Source of the DNA: an uncultured Candidatus Saccharibacteria bacterium
GTDB taxonomy: Bacteria > Patescibacteriota > Minisyncoccia > Phycocordibacterales > Phycocordibacteraceae
Length of the DNA stretch: 64,000 nt
Direction of reading: 5' to 3'
Assembly: GCA_964652615.1 (NCBI GenBank)
Contig: CAZZAT010000001.1
Location: 359,250 to 423,249 of the forward strand
The position numbers were made by a program, and so were the translations under genes. Position 1 is the first letter of the stretch. Each line of letters opens with the position of its first letter. The notes beneath the pieces were generated by a model that saw only the letters and a program-made list of their open reading frames with translations, ran no database searches and had not been told where the DNA came from. Positions 9,645 to 19,295 of the stretch are shown here, piece after piece.

Positions 9645-9879
9645 GGTTGACGAAGTGTGAGGTGTCTCGTAGGGTGGGGGGACTTGGACGCGGGACCCTG
9701 CGTCTATGGAGGAAACACTATGGTGTGCACACAGTGTGGGATGGATGTCGACGGTCCAGGCTGCAACGAGACGCAAGCACAAGAGTGCATCAACAGGCAA
9801 CCGCAGACACATCTTGTCGGTGAAGTTCCCGACACCGACGCGTTCTTTCATCACGACGACGAACTTCGTTAGAAAAGAG

Positions 9880-9906
9880 TCCGCGCTCCCTTGATGGGAG
9901 CGCGGA
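9880..9906 (-). terminator. intrinsic terminator after recA (tccgcgctccc..gggagcgcgga)
   Basis: 11-bp perfect stem followed, on the minus strand, by a T-rich run; lies between the recA stop and the efp promoter. Confidence 0.5.
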
Positions 9907-9912
9907 TGTTCT

Positions 9913-10965
9913 TTATACCGCTTCGATATTCTCGCGTATCTTCTTGAGAAGTTCTGTTGCAACCGGCTTATTCTCTCGAAGGAAGGTACGAGACGCGTCA
10001 TACCCTCTGCCAAGCGATACTTCACCATACTTATAGCTTGAGCCGCTCTTTTCGATGATGCCGTACTTCTCCCCAAGCGCGAGCAGTTCTCCCTCGCGGC
10101 TGATGCCTTCGTTATATAGAAGATCAAATTCAGTGGTCTTGAAAGGAGCAGCTACCTTATTTTTCACCACCTTGATACGCACCCGCCCGCCTACCACTTC
10201 CTCTCCCTTCTTTATCTGTGCGATGCGGCGAATATCAAGGCGCACTGACGTATAGAACTTAAGAGCCTTACCACCCGTTGTGGTCTCGGGGTTTCCAAAC
10301 ATGACCCCGATTTGCATGCGTATCTGGTTAATGAAGATGATAATAGTCTTTGATTTTGCAGTGATGGCAGTGAGCTTTCGAAGCGCTTGCGACATAAGGC
10401 GCGCCTGTTTGCCCATCTGTGAGGAACCCATATCTCCCTCAATCTCATCTTTAGGGGTGAGTGCAGCAACAGAGTCGACGACAACAATGTCGACAGAATT
10501 TGCACGAACCAATGATTCGACAATTTCAAGCGCTTGTTCGCCGGTGTCAGGTTGCGAAATGAGAAGCTCTGGGAGCTTCACACCGATACGGCGTGCATAT
10601 TCTGGATCAAGCGCATGTTCTGCATCAACGAAGGCGCATATGCCGCCTTTCTTTTGCGCTTCAGCAATAGCGTGGAGTGCGAGTGTTGTCTTTCCTGATG
10701 ATTCAGGACCAAATATTTCAATGATGCGCCCGCGGGGAAGGCCGCCAATACCAAGTGCGGCATCAAGACCGATGGAGCCGGTAGGTATAGAGGGAATAGC
10801 AGCTACTTTCCCCGATCCATACGTCATGATGGATTCTTCACCGAACTTCGTGCGGATTTCTTTGAGCGCCAGCTCGACGGAGCGCGTGCGATCATCTTTC
10901 GAACCGCTTTCAGGAGCGTTTAGTTCGGGAGCGGTTTTCTTTACTGCTTTCTTTTTCGGTGCCAT
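9913..10965 (-). CDS. recA: recombinase RecA
   Basis: '[20 protein letters not shown]' (Walker A) and '[14 protein letters not shown]', typical of RecA. Confidence 0.9.
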   Translation of the reverse strand: MAPKKKAVKKTAPELNAPESGSKDDRTRSVELALKEIRTKFGEESIMTYGSGKVAAIPSIPTGSIGLDAALGIGGLPRGRIIEIFGPESSGKTTLALHAIAEAQKKGGICAFVDAEHALDPEYARRIGVKLPELLISQPDTGEQALEIVESLVRANSVDIVVVDSVAALTPKDEIEGDMGSSQMGKQARLMSQALRKLTAITAKSKTIIIFINQIRMQIGVMFGNPETTTGGKALKFYTSVRLDIRRIAQIKKGEEVVGGRVRIKVVKNKVAAPFKTTEFDLLYNEGISREGELLALGEKYGIIEKSGSSYKYGEVSLGRGYDASRTFLRENKPVATELLKKIRENIEAV

Positions 10966-10976
10966 ACACTGCGGGG

Positions 10977-11300
10977 TTAGGGAATATACACCGTTCGATA
11001 TTCCGTCGACTCTCTGCCGAAACGGTCGCGCGCGGTAAGAGTAAGTATAGCCCCGCCAGAAGGGAGGAGAAGAGTCTTCTCAAAGCGCCCTTCAGGGTCG
11101 ATTAAAAGGGGTCCTCCATTCAAAAATAGGGCCTCAGTGTTATGCGCTACGCCCGAAAGCGTCACAAATCCGTCTTCCAAACTTGTGTACTCACTGGGGA
11201 CAATGAAGGTTATAGAGGGGCCAGAAAGTAAGGGCCAAGCCTTGAGCGCGCCGTAGCCAAGAAGGAGTATGAGGGCGAGGAAGACCGTAGATTTGAGCAT
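10977..11300 (-). CDS. hypothetical secreted/membrane-anchored protein (107 aa)
   Basis: Start at the internal Met directly after the ftsK stop; the N-terminus '[21 protein letters not shown]' looks like a signal peptide. Confidence 0.35.
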   Translation of the reverse strand: MLKSTVFLALILLLGYGALKAWPLLSGPSITFIVPSEYTSLEDGFVTLSGVAHNTEALFLNGGPLLIDPEGRFEKTLLLPSGGAILTLTARDRFGRESTEYRTVYIP

Positions 11301-11301
11301 G

Positions 11302-13506
11302 CTAATACGGCTGCTCGTCGTCTGAAGTCTCTGCAGATGTTCCGCCTGTCTTTGAGAGCACATCACGCGGACGTGCACCGTCTGCTGCTCCAATCACACC
11401 CTTTTCTTCCAAGATATCCATAAGGCGCGCGGCACGCGAGTAGCCGATGCGAAGTTTGCGCTGGAGGTAGGAAGTAGAGGCGCGTCCCGCTTCTTCGACT
11501 GCAGCTTTCGCTTCAAGGTACATATCATCATCGGCATCATCATCTCCAGAAAGGAGAATAGCGTCGTTAACCGACGTGCCGCCCCCTTCCATATTTCCAT
11601 TGCTTCCGTTTTGACCGAGATCAAGCGCGTTTAGTGTTCCTGCGTTATGTGCCTTGATATAGCTTACGACCTTTTTCACTTCGCTCTCTGAAATAAACGC
11701 GGTCTGCAGGCGTACTGGCTTTTGCATGTCGCTTGAGAGATAGAGCATGTCTCCTGCGCCAAGAAGGCTTTCTGCGCCTCCGGAATCAAGAATAGTGCGC
11801 GAGTCTATCTGGCTTGCTACCTGAAGCGCCATGCGCGTAGGGACGTTTGCTTTAATGAGGCCGGTGATGACATTTACCGAAGGACGCTGGGTTGAGAGAA
11901 GAAGGTGGATACCCACAGCGCGTGACATCTGCGCAAGACGAACGATGCAGGCTTCAAGCTCGCGCGGGTAGCTCTGCATGATATCTGCGAGTTCATCGAT
12001 GACGACAACGATGTAGGGCATGGACTCTGGCATGTCCTGCGCCTTTTTCTTCTTTGCAGGTTCAAATACGGTCTTATGATAGGAGTCGATATCGCGCACC
12101 TGCTCGGTCTCAAGAATATTGTAGCGTCGTTCCATTTCCTTTGCTGCCCACTTAAGAGAGAGGATGGCTTTCTTTGGATCAGTGATGACGGGCGTCAAAA
12201 GGTGAGGGATGCCGTTATACGCGGTGAGCTCAACGCGCTTCGGGTCAATCATAATGAAGCGAAGCTGGTTAGGACCGTTTCGGTAGAGAAGGGAGGTAAT
12301 AAGCGCATGTATCGCAACTGATTTTCCTGAACCGGTTGCACCCGCTACAAGACCATGCGGCATCTTCGCAATGTTTACGTAGTGCGGCGTACCGCTAATG
12401 TCGCGGCCAATTGCAGAGAGAAGTGGTTTCTCGCTGTTGCCCCATTCAGGGGAGGAGAGGACGCCGCCAAGGCCCACCATAGCTTTTGCAGCGTTTGGCA
12501 CCTCAATACCCACTAGAGATTTTCCTGGGATAGGGGCTTCTATGCGCACCGGATGCGCAGCAAGAGCAAGCTCAAGATTGTTCTGAAGTGAAATGATTTT
12601 TTGAAGACGCACGCCTTCAGCCGGCTTTATGGCGTAGCGCGTTACGGTAGGGCCAATCGATACTTCATCCATCTCGACTGAAATGCCGAAGTTAAGGAAG
12701 GTGCGCTTAATAATGTTTGCGTTTGCCTTGATGTCGCCTACGCCAGGCTTACCTTTGTCTTCACCGAGTATAGAGAGTGGGGGAGGGTCGTACTCTGCAT
12801 CAAAGTTTGGGATAGCGCCGGAAGCCTTAGGGCTTGCTTGGTCTTCATTAAACATCTTAACGGTCGGCTCTCTGTCTGGCTCTATAGAAGCTGCTTCTTC
12901 AACAACGCTCTCTGCATCCTTTTCTTTTGAAAGCTTCGGCAGCTCAACGTTTCCAATAGCTTCTTTTGCAGACTCACTCATCTCTTTCATTTTGCGCACG
13001 AGAGCGACAATATCAGTTGCTATAACGAGCCCAACGAGAATAAGTGCTAGAAGAAGAATGAGCGCTCCGGCAAGTCCAAAGAAGTCGTGCGTAAGGCCTC
13101 CTATACCTTCACCAATAGATCCGCCAAGTGTCTCGGAAACAATGCCGAGAAAACCCATGCCGGCAACTGCAATAAGGGTAATGCCAAGTACAGGAAGCGG
13201 CTGCACCATAAGGCGTTCAAAAAGCATCGAGACACCTGCGGCAATAACGAGGAAGGGAAGGAAATAGGCAAAGAGGCCAAAGATGCCGTATACCGCGGAG
13301 AAGAGATCGTTTGAGGCGAACCCGCCAAGCCCAAATGCTGCAAACAATAAGATAAGACCAAAGGCGATGACGACAATGCCTCCAATCCACTTTGCGACAC
13401 CGTCGCCTTGTTCAGTGTTTTTCTTTTTCTTCGCCATTGCTTTTGTGTATGCACCACATTCTAACATCTGCTCCTCTATCTCCTTAAAAACAGAAGCTAT
13501 ACACAC
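11302..13506 (-). CDS. ftsK: DNA translocase FtsK/SpoIIIE
   Basis: Four N-terminal TM helices, a linker, 'GATGSGKSVAIHALITSLL' (Walker A), 'VVVIDELADIM' (Walker B) and a C-terminal gamma wHTH domain. True start may be the Met at 13437. Confidence 0.85.
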   Translation of the reverse strand: MCIASVFKEIEEQMLECGAYTKAMAKKKKNTEQGDGVAKWIGGIVVIAFGLILLFAAFGLGGFASNDLFSAVYGIFGLFAYFLPFLVIAAGVSMLFERLMVQPLPVLGITLIAVAGMGFLGIVSETLGGSIGEGIGGLTHDFFGLAGALILLLALILVGLVIATDIVALVRKMKEMSESAKEAIGNVELPKLSKEKDAESVVEEAASIEPDREPTVKMFNEDQASPKASGAIPNFDAEYDPPPLSILGEDKGKPGVGDIKANANIIKRTFLNFGISVEMDEVSIGPTVTRYAIKPAEGVRLQKIISLQNNLELALAAHPVRIEAPIPGKSLVGIEVPNAAKAMVGLGGVLSSPEWGNSEKPLLSAIGRDISGTPHYVNIAKMPHGLVAGATGSGKSVAIHALITSLLYRNGPNQLRFIMIDPKRVELTAYNGIPHLLTPVITDPKKAILSLKWAAKEMERRYNILETEQVRDIDSYHKTVFEPAKKKKAQDMPESMPYIVVVIDELADIMQSYPRELEACIVRLAQMSRAVGIHLLLSTQRPSVNVITGLIKANVPTRMALQVASQIDSRTILDSGGAESLLGAGDMLYLSSDMQKPVRLQTAFISESEVKKVVSYIKAHNAGTLNALDLGQNGSNGNMEGGGTSVNDAILLSGDDDADDDMYLEAKAAVEEAGRASTSYLQRKLRIGYSRAARLMDILEEKGVIGAADGARPRDVLSKTGGTSAETSDDEQPY

Positions 13507-13596
13507 CGCAGCATCGCCCTTCGAGTCGTCAGTTTGGGGTTAGTTGCGTGCAAAAAGCAGAGGGGTATACTTGTCCTTAAGAAACGGAAATACATC

Positions 13597-14370
13597 ATGG
13601 ACAATAAAGGACAGGATATAAAAATAACGTCCGTAAAGGTAAGTGCAAAGGCACCACACTTTAACGATTTAGTCCTAGATAAGACCATATTTTCAAGCAT
13701 TTTTGATAAGGACATACGAAGAGCATTCCTATACAAAAGAGCAGAAAGGATAGGGAAGGCGCTCCACCTCATACTCCCTGCATTTGAGGATTCGAAAGCT
13801 CTCAAGGACCGCGTGGAGCGTATTGCGGTCGCACTTACAGATGCGTCTACGCTTCCCCCAAGTGAAGGGAAGGAGGCTTTTTCACGCGAACTACTCGCTC
13901 TTTCAAGCGTTATCGCTATAGCAAAAACAAGCGGCCGTCTCTCGCATATGAATGCGGAACTTCTTCTTCGCGAGACACAGCACTTTCTCGAGGAAGTGGC
14001 AGCGTACGAAGAGCCTAGAATGGCACTAGAAGAACTTCCAAGCCTCGCGACTCTTTCAAGGACAGTATTAAAGACAAATAAAGAAAAGGACAATAAAGAG
14101 ACAATTAGACATGAAACTGTCCTAGATTCAAAAACAAATCCACTAAAGTCTATAGGACATAACGGATCTTCAAATGGAAAAAGTACTGAAAGAAGAGAAG
14201 CTATACTCTCACTCTTGTCAGAAAAGGGTCCAGTCTACATAAAAGACCTATCTTCAATGATTAAGGAGGTCAGCGAGAAAACTATACAGCGCGAATTACA
14301 AAAACTTGTCCTTGAAGGGAAGGTGAAGCGTGAGGGGGAACGCAGATGGACGCGATACAGTCTTATATAA
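13597..14370 (+). CDS. hypothetical protein with a C-terminal winged-helix DNA-binding domain
   Basis: C-terminus 'ILSLLSEKGPVYIKDLSSMIKEVSEKTIQRELQKLVLEGKVKREGERRWTRYSL' is a DeoR/MarR-like wHTH. Alternative start at 13534. Confidence 0.4.
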   Translation: MDNKGQDIKITSVKVSAKAPHFNDLVLDKTIFSSIFDKDIRRAFLYKRAERIGKALHLILPAFEDSKALKDRVERIAVALTDASTLPPSEGKEAFSRELLALSSVIAIAKTSGRLSHMNAELLLRETQHFLEEVAAYEEPRMALEELPSLATLSRTVLKTNKEKDNKETIRHETVLDSKTNPLKSIGHNGSSNGKSTERREAILSLLSEKGPVYIKDLSSMIKEVSEKTIQRELQKLVLEGKVKREGERRWTRYSLI

Positions 14371-14981
14371 AGGAGGGGTACGTGACCTTTGACTTTTCCC
14401 TTATTTTCGGCTATTGTCTTCTCGTGGGATCTGTCTTCCACTACTAGGGCGAACAAGCGGCCACCTTACCCAAAACGGGGAGGGCGGCCTTTTCACGTTT
14501 GCACTTTAGGGGAGGGTTATCCACATCGATAGGCCGTTTTACCGCGTGATTGCTCGGTATACTTCAGTGGTATACCGAAACGCTTGGGCGAATGGCTGAA
14601 ACGATTGGTCGTTGACATCACTCATTACTTCTTCACGAACATTGTGGCGACAGACCGCAGTGCTTGAAAAGGTAGTGGGGAATAGCGGTCATATGACCGT
14701 CAACATGCTCGTCTTCCTAAACGGAGGCGGGCGATAGCACGATTGGATTTCCCGAACTATGGATGCATGAACGAACGGCACTTACCTTGCCAGCTAGCTC
14801 TCGGGACGAGAGGTCGATACTCGCGTCTCGGGGTACTAGCCTGAAACACGCAAAGCTTTCATGAAAATGGAAGTGGAGCAAAACTTACTTAGAAAACAAT
14901 TGAACGATGCGTATGCGGCGCACTATTTATTCGTAAGCCGCGTCGTAGACGCTTCGATAAAAAACAAATTACTTAAAAAAC

Positions 14982-16796
14982 ATGATTGCAGGAACAAACG
15001 CAGTTGCAAAATTCGCAGCAGTTGCAGCCGGCCTTGCTCTCGTTCTCTCTTCGTTTGCAGTAGCGGCTCCAGCAGCACGCGCAGCAACCGTAGCTGAGCT
15101 CGAAGCACAGGTGCAGGCGCTTCTCGCGCAGATTGCAGGTCTCGGAGGTAGTCAGGCTTCGGCTTCGACGACTTTCACGATGGACCTTACCATCGGTTCT
15201 ACTGGCGCTGAAGTCACCGCACTTCAGAACTGGCTTATCGCGGGCGGTTACTCGATCCCAGCAGGTGCAACTGGCTACTTCGGTGCCCAGACGCAGTCTG
15301 CTCTTGCGGCCTACCAGGCAGCAAACGGTATCACCCCAGCAGCAGGTTACTTTGGCCCGGTTACCCGCGCTAAGGTAAATGCAGCAGGTGGTTCTACCGG
15401 CGGTTCTACTGGCGGCTCGACCTCTGGTCTTGGCGACGGTGAAGCTTCCATCGAGCGCCTTCGCGCTTCTGGCGGCGAGGATGACGAAGTAGCTGAAGGC
15501 GGTTCCGCCCAGGTTGCTGAGTTCGAATTCCGCGTTGAAGACGGCGACGTTCGCGTTGAGCGCGTTGACCTCTCCTTCGAGGAGTCTGGAAACAATGGCG
15601 ACGAGCCTTGGGACGCATTCGACACCATCACTCTTCTTGATGCTGATGGCGACGAACTCGCTTCTGAGAGCGTCTCCGATGAGGATGACTGGCTCGAGGA
15701 TGAGTCTCCTTACGTATTCCGCTTCACCGGCCTTAACTATGTAGTTAAGGATGGTGATGAGGGTAAGATCATCGTAGAAGTAGAGGCACAGAACTCTGTT
15801 GACGGAGCAGGCACCGATGTCTGGGAAGTCTACATCGACACTGATGACCTCCGCGCTATCGATGGCGAGGGTATCGACCAGTACGCTGGCGATTCTTCAG
15901 AGTCTGTAAACTTCGACATGGTTGAGGAAGGTGAGGGTGAGGAGCTTAAGGTCCGTTCTTCGGACGAAGATCCAGAGTCCACCATCCTCAAGGTTGAGGA
16001 CGATACTCGTTCTGACTGGTACACCATCTTCGCATTCGATATTGAGGCTGAAGAAGCTGATATCGAAATCGAGACGGCAACCACGACTCTTACCTTCGAT
16101 GGTTCGGTCGCAAACCAGATCGTGAACGACCTTGAACTCGTTATTGATGGTCAGACCATCGATGACTGGTCATGGGATTCTGGTTCTACTACCAACACTG
16201 CAGTCGTTTCCTTCGATGTTGACGGCGACGTCACTATCGATGCGGATGACCGTGTAGTAGCAGAACTTCGCGCACGCTTTAACGCTACGAGCACCAGCTC
16301 TACCGTTACCGCGAGCGTATCGAACGGCGCAATTGAGGGTGAAGGTGCAGATGATGTATCAAGCACCGGTGCAACTTCGGGTAACGAGCACACGCTCAGC
16401 AACTCGACTGCAGAACTCTCAAGCGTAAGCTGGGTTGACACAGTTACTGGTGACAGCACCGATGGTACACTTGACTTCTTCTTCACCATTACGGCGACAG
16501 ATGAAGACTTCGTAGTCCTTGGTTCTGAAATCATGGACTCGAACAGCCAGTTCTTCGGAGCTACGGGTACTGTTGAGACTGCTACCGGCGACGGTACGCT
16601 CACCAGGGTTTCTGGCGACACGCCAGTTGCAAGCGATGGCAACGGCTTCACCGTTGGTGAAGGCGACACCATCCGCTTCCGTGTCCGCTACGTGATGACT
16701 GCAGCAGGTACTTACGAAGTCAACATCGATTCCGTTGCCGGCATCGAGATTGATGACGAAGACCAGCTCTCTCCAACAGTAATCATTGCTAGCTAA
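14982..16796 (+). CDS. secreted hyper-acidic protein with an N-terminal peptidoglycan-binding domain
   Basis: Signal peptide 'AVAAGLALVLSSFAVAAPAARAA'; 'ALQNWLIAGGYSIPAGATGYFGAQTQSALAAYQAANGI' resembles PG_binding_1; the remaining 450 aa are extremely Asp/Glu/Thr-rich. Confidence 0.6.
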   Translation: MIAGTNAVAKFAAVAAGLALVLSSFAVAAPAARAATVAELEAQVQALLAQIAGLGGSQASASTTFTMDLTIGSTGAEVTALQNWLIAGGYSIPAGATGYFGAQTQSALAAYQAANGITPAAGYFGPVTRAKVNAAGGSTGGSTGGSTSGLGDGEASIERLRASGGEDDEVAEGGSAQVAEFEFRVEDGDVRVERVDLSFEESGNNGDEPWDAFDTITLLDADGDELASESVSDEDDWLEDESPYVFRFTGLNYVVKDGDEGKIIVEVEAQNSVDGAGTDVWEVYIDTDDLRAIDGEGIDQYAGDSSESVNFDMVEEGEGEELKVRSSDEDPESTILKVEDDTRSDWYTIFAFDIEAEEADIEIETATTTLTFDGSVANQIVNDLELVIDGQTIDDWSWDSGSTTNTAVVSFDVDGDVTIDADDRVVAELRARFNATSTSSTVTASVSNGAIEGEGADDVSSTGATSGNEHTLSNSTAELSSVSWVDTVTGDSTDGTLDFFFTITATDEDFVVLGSEIMDSNSQFFGATGTVETATGDGTLTRVSGDTPVASDGNGFTVGEGDTIRFRVRYVMTAAGTYEVNIDSVAGIEIDDEDQLSPTVIIAS

Positions 16797-16854
16797 TAGC
16801 TAACAACGATTCCGTGCTAACTCTCGCACTGTCTTGAACTAGTAGGAGAAACCA

Positions 16855-16882
16855 AAGCCGCCCCACAAGGGGCGGTTTTGGT
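16855..16882 (+). terminator. intrinsic terminator (aaagccgccccacaaggggcggttttgg)
   Basis: Perfect hairpin followed by a T-run. Confidence 0.6.
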
Positions 16883-16892
16883 ATTAGCTAAC

Positions 16893-16924
16893 AAAGCCCC
16901 GCGCATCTTGCGCGGGGCTTTGTG
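16893..16924 (+). terminator. second tandem terminator (aaagccccgcgcatcttgcgcggggctttgtg)
   Basis: Perfect hairpin followed by a T-run. Confidence 0.55.
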
Positions 16925-16929
16925 CTATC

Positions 16930-17224
16930 CTCAACCGTAATGCCGTACCTCATAGAATTCCTTAAGTTCTGTTGCGGATTCACACTCATTCTCACTATTG
17001 CACTCCTCGTCCTCTCTCTTACGGGAACCGCAATTGCGTAAGGAAGGGAAGTGCGGTACAGTCCTTCGGTACGGACCGAAGACAACCAGTCCCGCAAGGG
17101 ATGATGCGTCGCAAGGCGCGCTGGTCGAGGGACGGCTGCATACGTGCGGTCGACTATTCTCCTCTGGTCCCATATTACGTGGGACCTTGTTCGTTTCCGT
17201 ACATCACAATCACTTACTAAAGCT
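16930..17224 (+). promoter_or_regulatory. putative rplJ leader (L10(L12)4 autoregulatory region)
   Basis: About 300 nt of non-coding, hairpin-rich sequence lies directly upstream of rplJ. Bacterial rplJ operons typically carry a structured L10 leader here. This is an assignment by position only. Confidence 0.3.
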
Positions 17225-17716
17225 ATGGCAATTACCAAAGCAAAGAAGCAAGACATTGTCGCGAAGGCGGCAGATGCCATCAAGGATGCGGCTTCAGTCG
17301 TATTCGTCGGCTTCAAGAAGATAACGGTCGCAGATACCTCTGCGATGCGTAAGTCCTTGAAGGATGATGGTGTTGGCTACTTCGTTGCAAAAAAGACGTT
17401 GCTTGCACGTGCACTTGAAGGCGCACGCTATGAAGGTTCCGTTCCGGAGCTTCCTGGCGAGGTCGCTATCGCATGGAGCACGACAGACGCTACGGCGCCT
17501 GCGCGCGGTATCTATGAGCACGGCAAGAAGCACGAAGGTCTCTCCATTCTTGGAGGTGTCTTTGAGGGCAAGTATCTCGATGCTGCCGGCATGAAGGCTA
17601 TCGCTACGATTCCTTCGGTACCGGTGCTCCGCGGCATGTTTGTCAACGTCATCAACTCTCCTATACAGAGCATGGCGGTTGTCCTTGGCGCAATTCGGGA
17701 TAAGAAGGGTGCGTAA
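17225..17716 (+). CDS. rplJ: 50S ribosomal protein L10
   Basis: 'MAITKAKKQDIVAKAADAIKDAASVVFVGFKKITVADTSAMRKSL' is typical of L10; start at the internal Met of the track ORF. Confidence 0.8.
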   Translation: MAITKAKKQDIVAKAADAIKDAASVVFVGFKKITVADTSAMRKSLKDDGVGYFVAKKTLLARALEGARYEGSVPELPGEVAIAWSTTDATAPARGIYEHGKKHEGLSILGGVFEGKYLDAAGMKAIATIPSVPVLRGMFVNVINSPIQSMAVVLGAIRDKKGA

Positions 17717-17737
17717 TTAGCAATACATCTAGAAATT

Positions 17738-18202
17738 ATGTCTGACGAAATCAAGCAAGAGGAAGCAGCAGCTGAAGCTCCAGCTGAAGCAGCGGCTCCT
17801 GAAGTAAAGGAAGCTGCAGAGCCTGCAGTAGAGGTTCCTGCAAAGTTCAAGAAGTTCGTAGAGGAAATCGAGCAGATGACCGTTCTCGAACTGAACGAGC
17901 TCGTGAAGGTTTTCGAGGCGAAGTTTGGCGTGTCTGCAGCAGCAGTTGCTGTTGCAGGTCCAGCAGCAGGAGGTGCAGCGGGCGAAGAGAAGTCTTCGTT
18001 TGATGCAGAGCTTTCTGATGGCGGCGCACAGAAGATTGCAGTCATTAAGGTAGTCAAGGAGGCACTTGGTCTTGGCCTTAAAGAAGCAAAGGATCTTGTT
18101 GACGGCGCTCCTGCAATGCTCAAGACCGGCATGAAGAAGGAGGAAGCTGAAGAACTTAAGAAGAAGGTTGAGGAGGCAGGCGGCAAGGTTACCCTTAAGT
18201 AA
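17738..18202 (+). CDS. rplL: 50S ribosomal protein L7/L12
   Basis: '[12 protein letters not shown]...[56 protein letters not shown]' is canonical L7/L12. Confidence 0.9.
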   Translation: MSDEIKQEEAAAEAPAEAAAPEVKEAAEPAVEVPAKFKKFVEEIEQMTVLELNELVKVFEAKFGVSAAAVAVAGPAAGGAAGEEKSSFDAELSDGGAQKIAVIKVVKEALGLGLKEAKDLVDGAPAMLKTGMKKEEAEELKKKVEEAGGKVTLK

Positions 18203-18222
18203 GGGAAGCGGCTCGTTTGCAG

Positions 18223-18250
18223 AAAAAGCGCCTAGAATAGGCGCTTTTTC
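18223..18250 (+). terminator. intrinsic terminator (aaaaagcgcctagaataggcgctttttc)
   Basis: Hairpin followed by a T-run after rplL. Confidence 0.6.
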
Positions 18251-18310
18251 TGTTATCTTTTCCACACTTGCGCAAGGGCACTAGGGTTCCTGTACAATAC
18301 AGTCCTATCT

Positions 18311-18880
18311 ATGGACCCACTCGCAAAGCTTTTCGGCTCTTCCGCTCGCGTAAAGCTACTGCGACTCTTCCTCTTTAATGAAGAGGAGTGGTTCACGCCT
18401 TCTGAAGCGGCGTTTCGTGCAAAAGCAGGAAAGGCAGCGGTGCGCAAAGAAATACTTTCTTTGTTTGCTATCAAGGCGCTCCGCAAGAAAGCAGGGAAGG
18501 GAGGTACGCGCTATGCCGCTAATCCGAAGTTTGCTCACTACGAACCTCTTAAAGTATTTCTTCGTACCTCTTCGGGCGTTGATGATGAGAGTATCAGTAC
18601 AACACTGCGCCGAGCAGGACAGCTGCGCCTTGTTGCGCTCTCCGGTCTTTTTACAGGCGTGCCTGAATCAAAAGTAGATCTGCTTATCGTTGGGGATAAG
18701 CTTGATGAGCGTGCTCTTGCTTCCATCATTCACACGCTTGAAGCGGAGCTTGGACGAGAACTCCGCTACGCTTCCTTTACTACCGAAGACTTCCGCTATC
18801 GCGTGGGCGTCTATGACCGTCTTATACGCGATGTCCTCGATTATCCGCACCGTCTCGTGCTCGACAAGATAGGGATGTAA
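18311..18880 (+). CDS. hypothetical protein: N-terminal wHTH-like segment plus a degenerate nucleotidyltransferase-like core
   Basis: 'ARVKLLRLFL' helix, then 'LRLVALSGLFTGVPESKVDLLIVGD', which resembles the minimal NTase G[SG]-x9-13-DxD motif with the second Asp missing. Confidence 0.35.
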   Translation: MDPLAKLFGSSARVKLLRLFLFNEEEWFTPSEAAFRAKAGKAAVRKEILSLFAIKALRKKAGKGGTRYAANPKFAHYEPLKVFLRTSSGVDDESISTTLRRAGQLRLVALSGLFTGVPESKVDLLIVGDKLDERALASIIHTLEAELGRELRYASFTTEDFRYRVGVYDRLIRDVLDYPHRLVLDKIGM

Positions 18881-18921
18881 TCGTAGAGTCTCCTCCAGAC
18901 GCAAGAAGAAGGAGTCTTGAA

Positions 18922-19158
18922 ATGAAGCGAGCACTAGTTGCAGCATTCATACTGTGCCTTTCGGGGTGCATAAGCCCAAGGCTTTCTGGCGAAGTATGGG
19001 AGAACGGTGCGTTCACTGCAGGCTCTGGCTGGAGTGCCGGGTATTTTCCTTCTGAGGATTTGTGCAGAATTCAGTACGAATCCAAGATGCCGCCGCCAAG
19101 CACCATGCAAGAGGCGAGAGAGGCCTGTGGCCTTCTGCGCGGTCTGTATACGGTGTGA
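18922..19158 (+). CDS. small lipoprotein (78 aa)
   Basis: AGGAG SD 8 nt upstream; signal peptide with lipobox 'LSGC'. Confidence 0.45.
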   Translation: MKRALVAAFILCLSGCISPRLSGEVWENGAFTAGSGWSAGYFPSEDLCRIQYESKMPPPSTMQEAREACGLLRGLYTV

Positions 19159-19295
19159 CCTATCCTCCTGCAGGCAATTCTGCAGGAGGATTTTTCTATC
19201 CACACAACCCCCTCAAAAGGCCATCCTCCTTGCTACACTTTAGAGAGCCCTCCTGTGGGCGCTCGTATTACCCCTAATATCCTTACGAAAGAACT

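Noticed and set aside
8994-10127. 377-aa minus-strand ORF spanning efp and 560 nt upstream
   Set aside because: Only the C-terminal 191 aa (from MAVLSYNEI at 9569) are EF-P. The N-terminal 186 aa have no protein-like features and cover the recA terminator and a promoter-like TTGAAA-17-TACCAT. They are treated as a chance open frame over the recA-efp intergenic region.
12683-13267. 194-aa plus-strand ORF antisense to ftsK (and similar antisense ORFs 10280-11038 vs recA, 17512-18186 vs rplL, 16151-16672 vs the acidic protein, 31116-31661 vs folD, 35502-35894 and 37381-37869 vs the giant ORF, 57869-59138 vs the glycan genes)
   Set aside because: Low-complexity Ser/Ala/Pro-rich translations typical of antisense frames of GC-rich genes; the sense-strand genes have strong homology.
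13497-14093. 198-aa minus-strand ORF overlapping the 13597-14370 gene
   Set aside because: Ser/Arg-rich and featureless; the plus-strand frame carries a convincing C-terminal winged helix.
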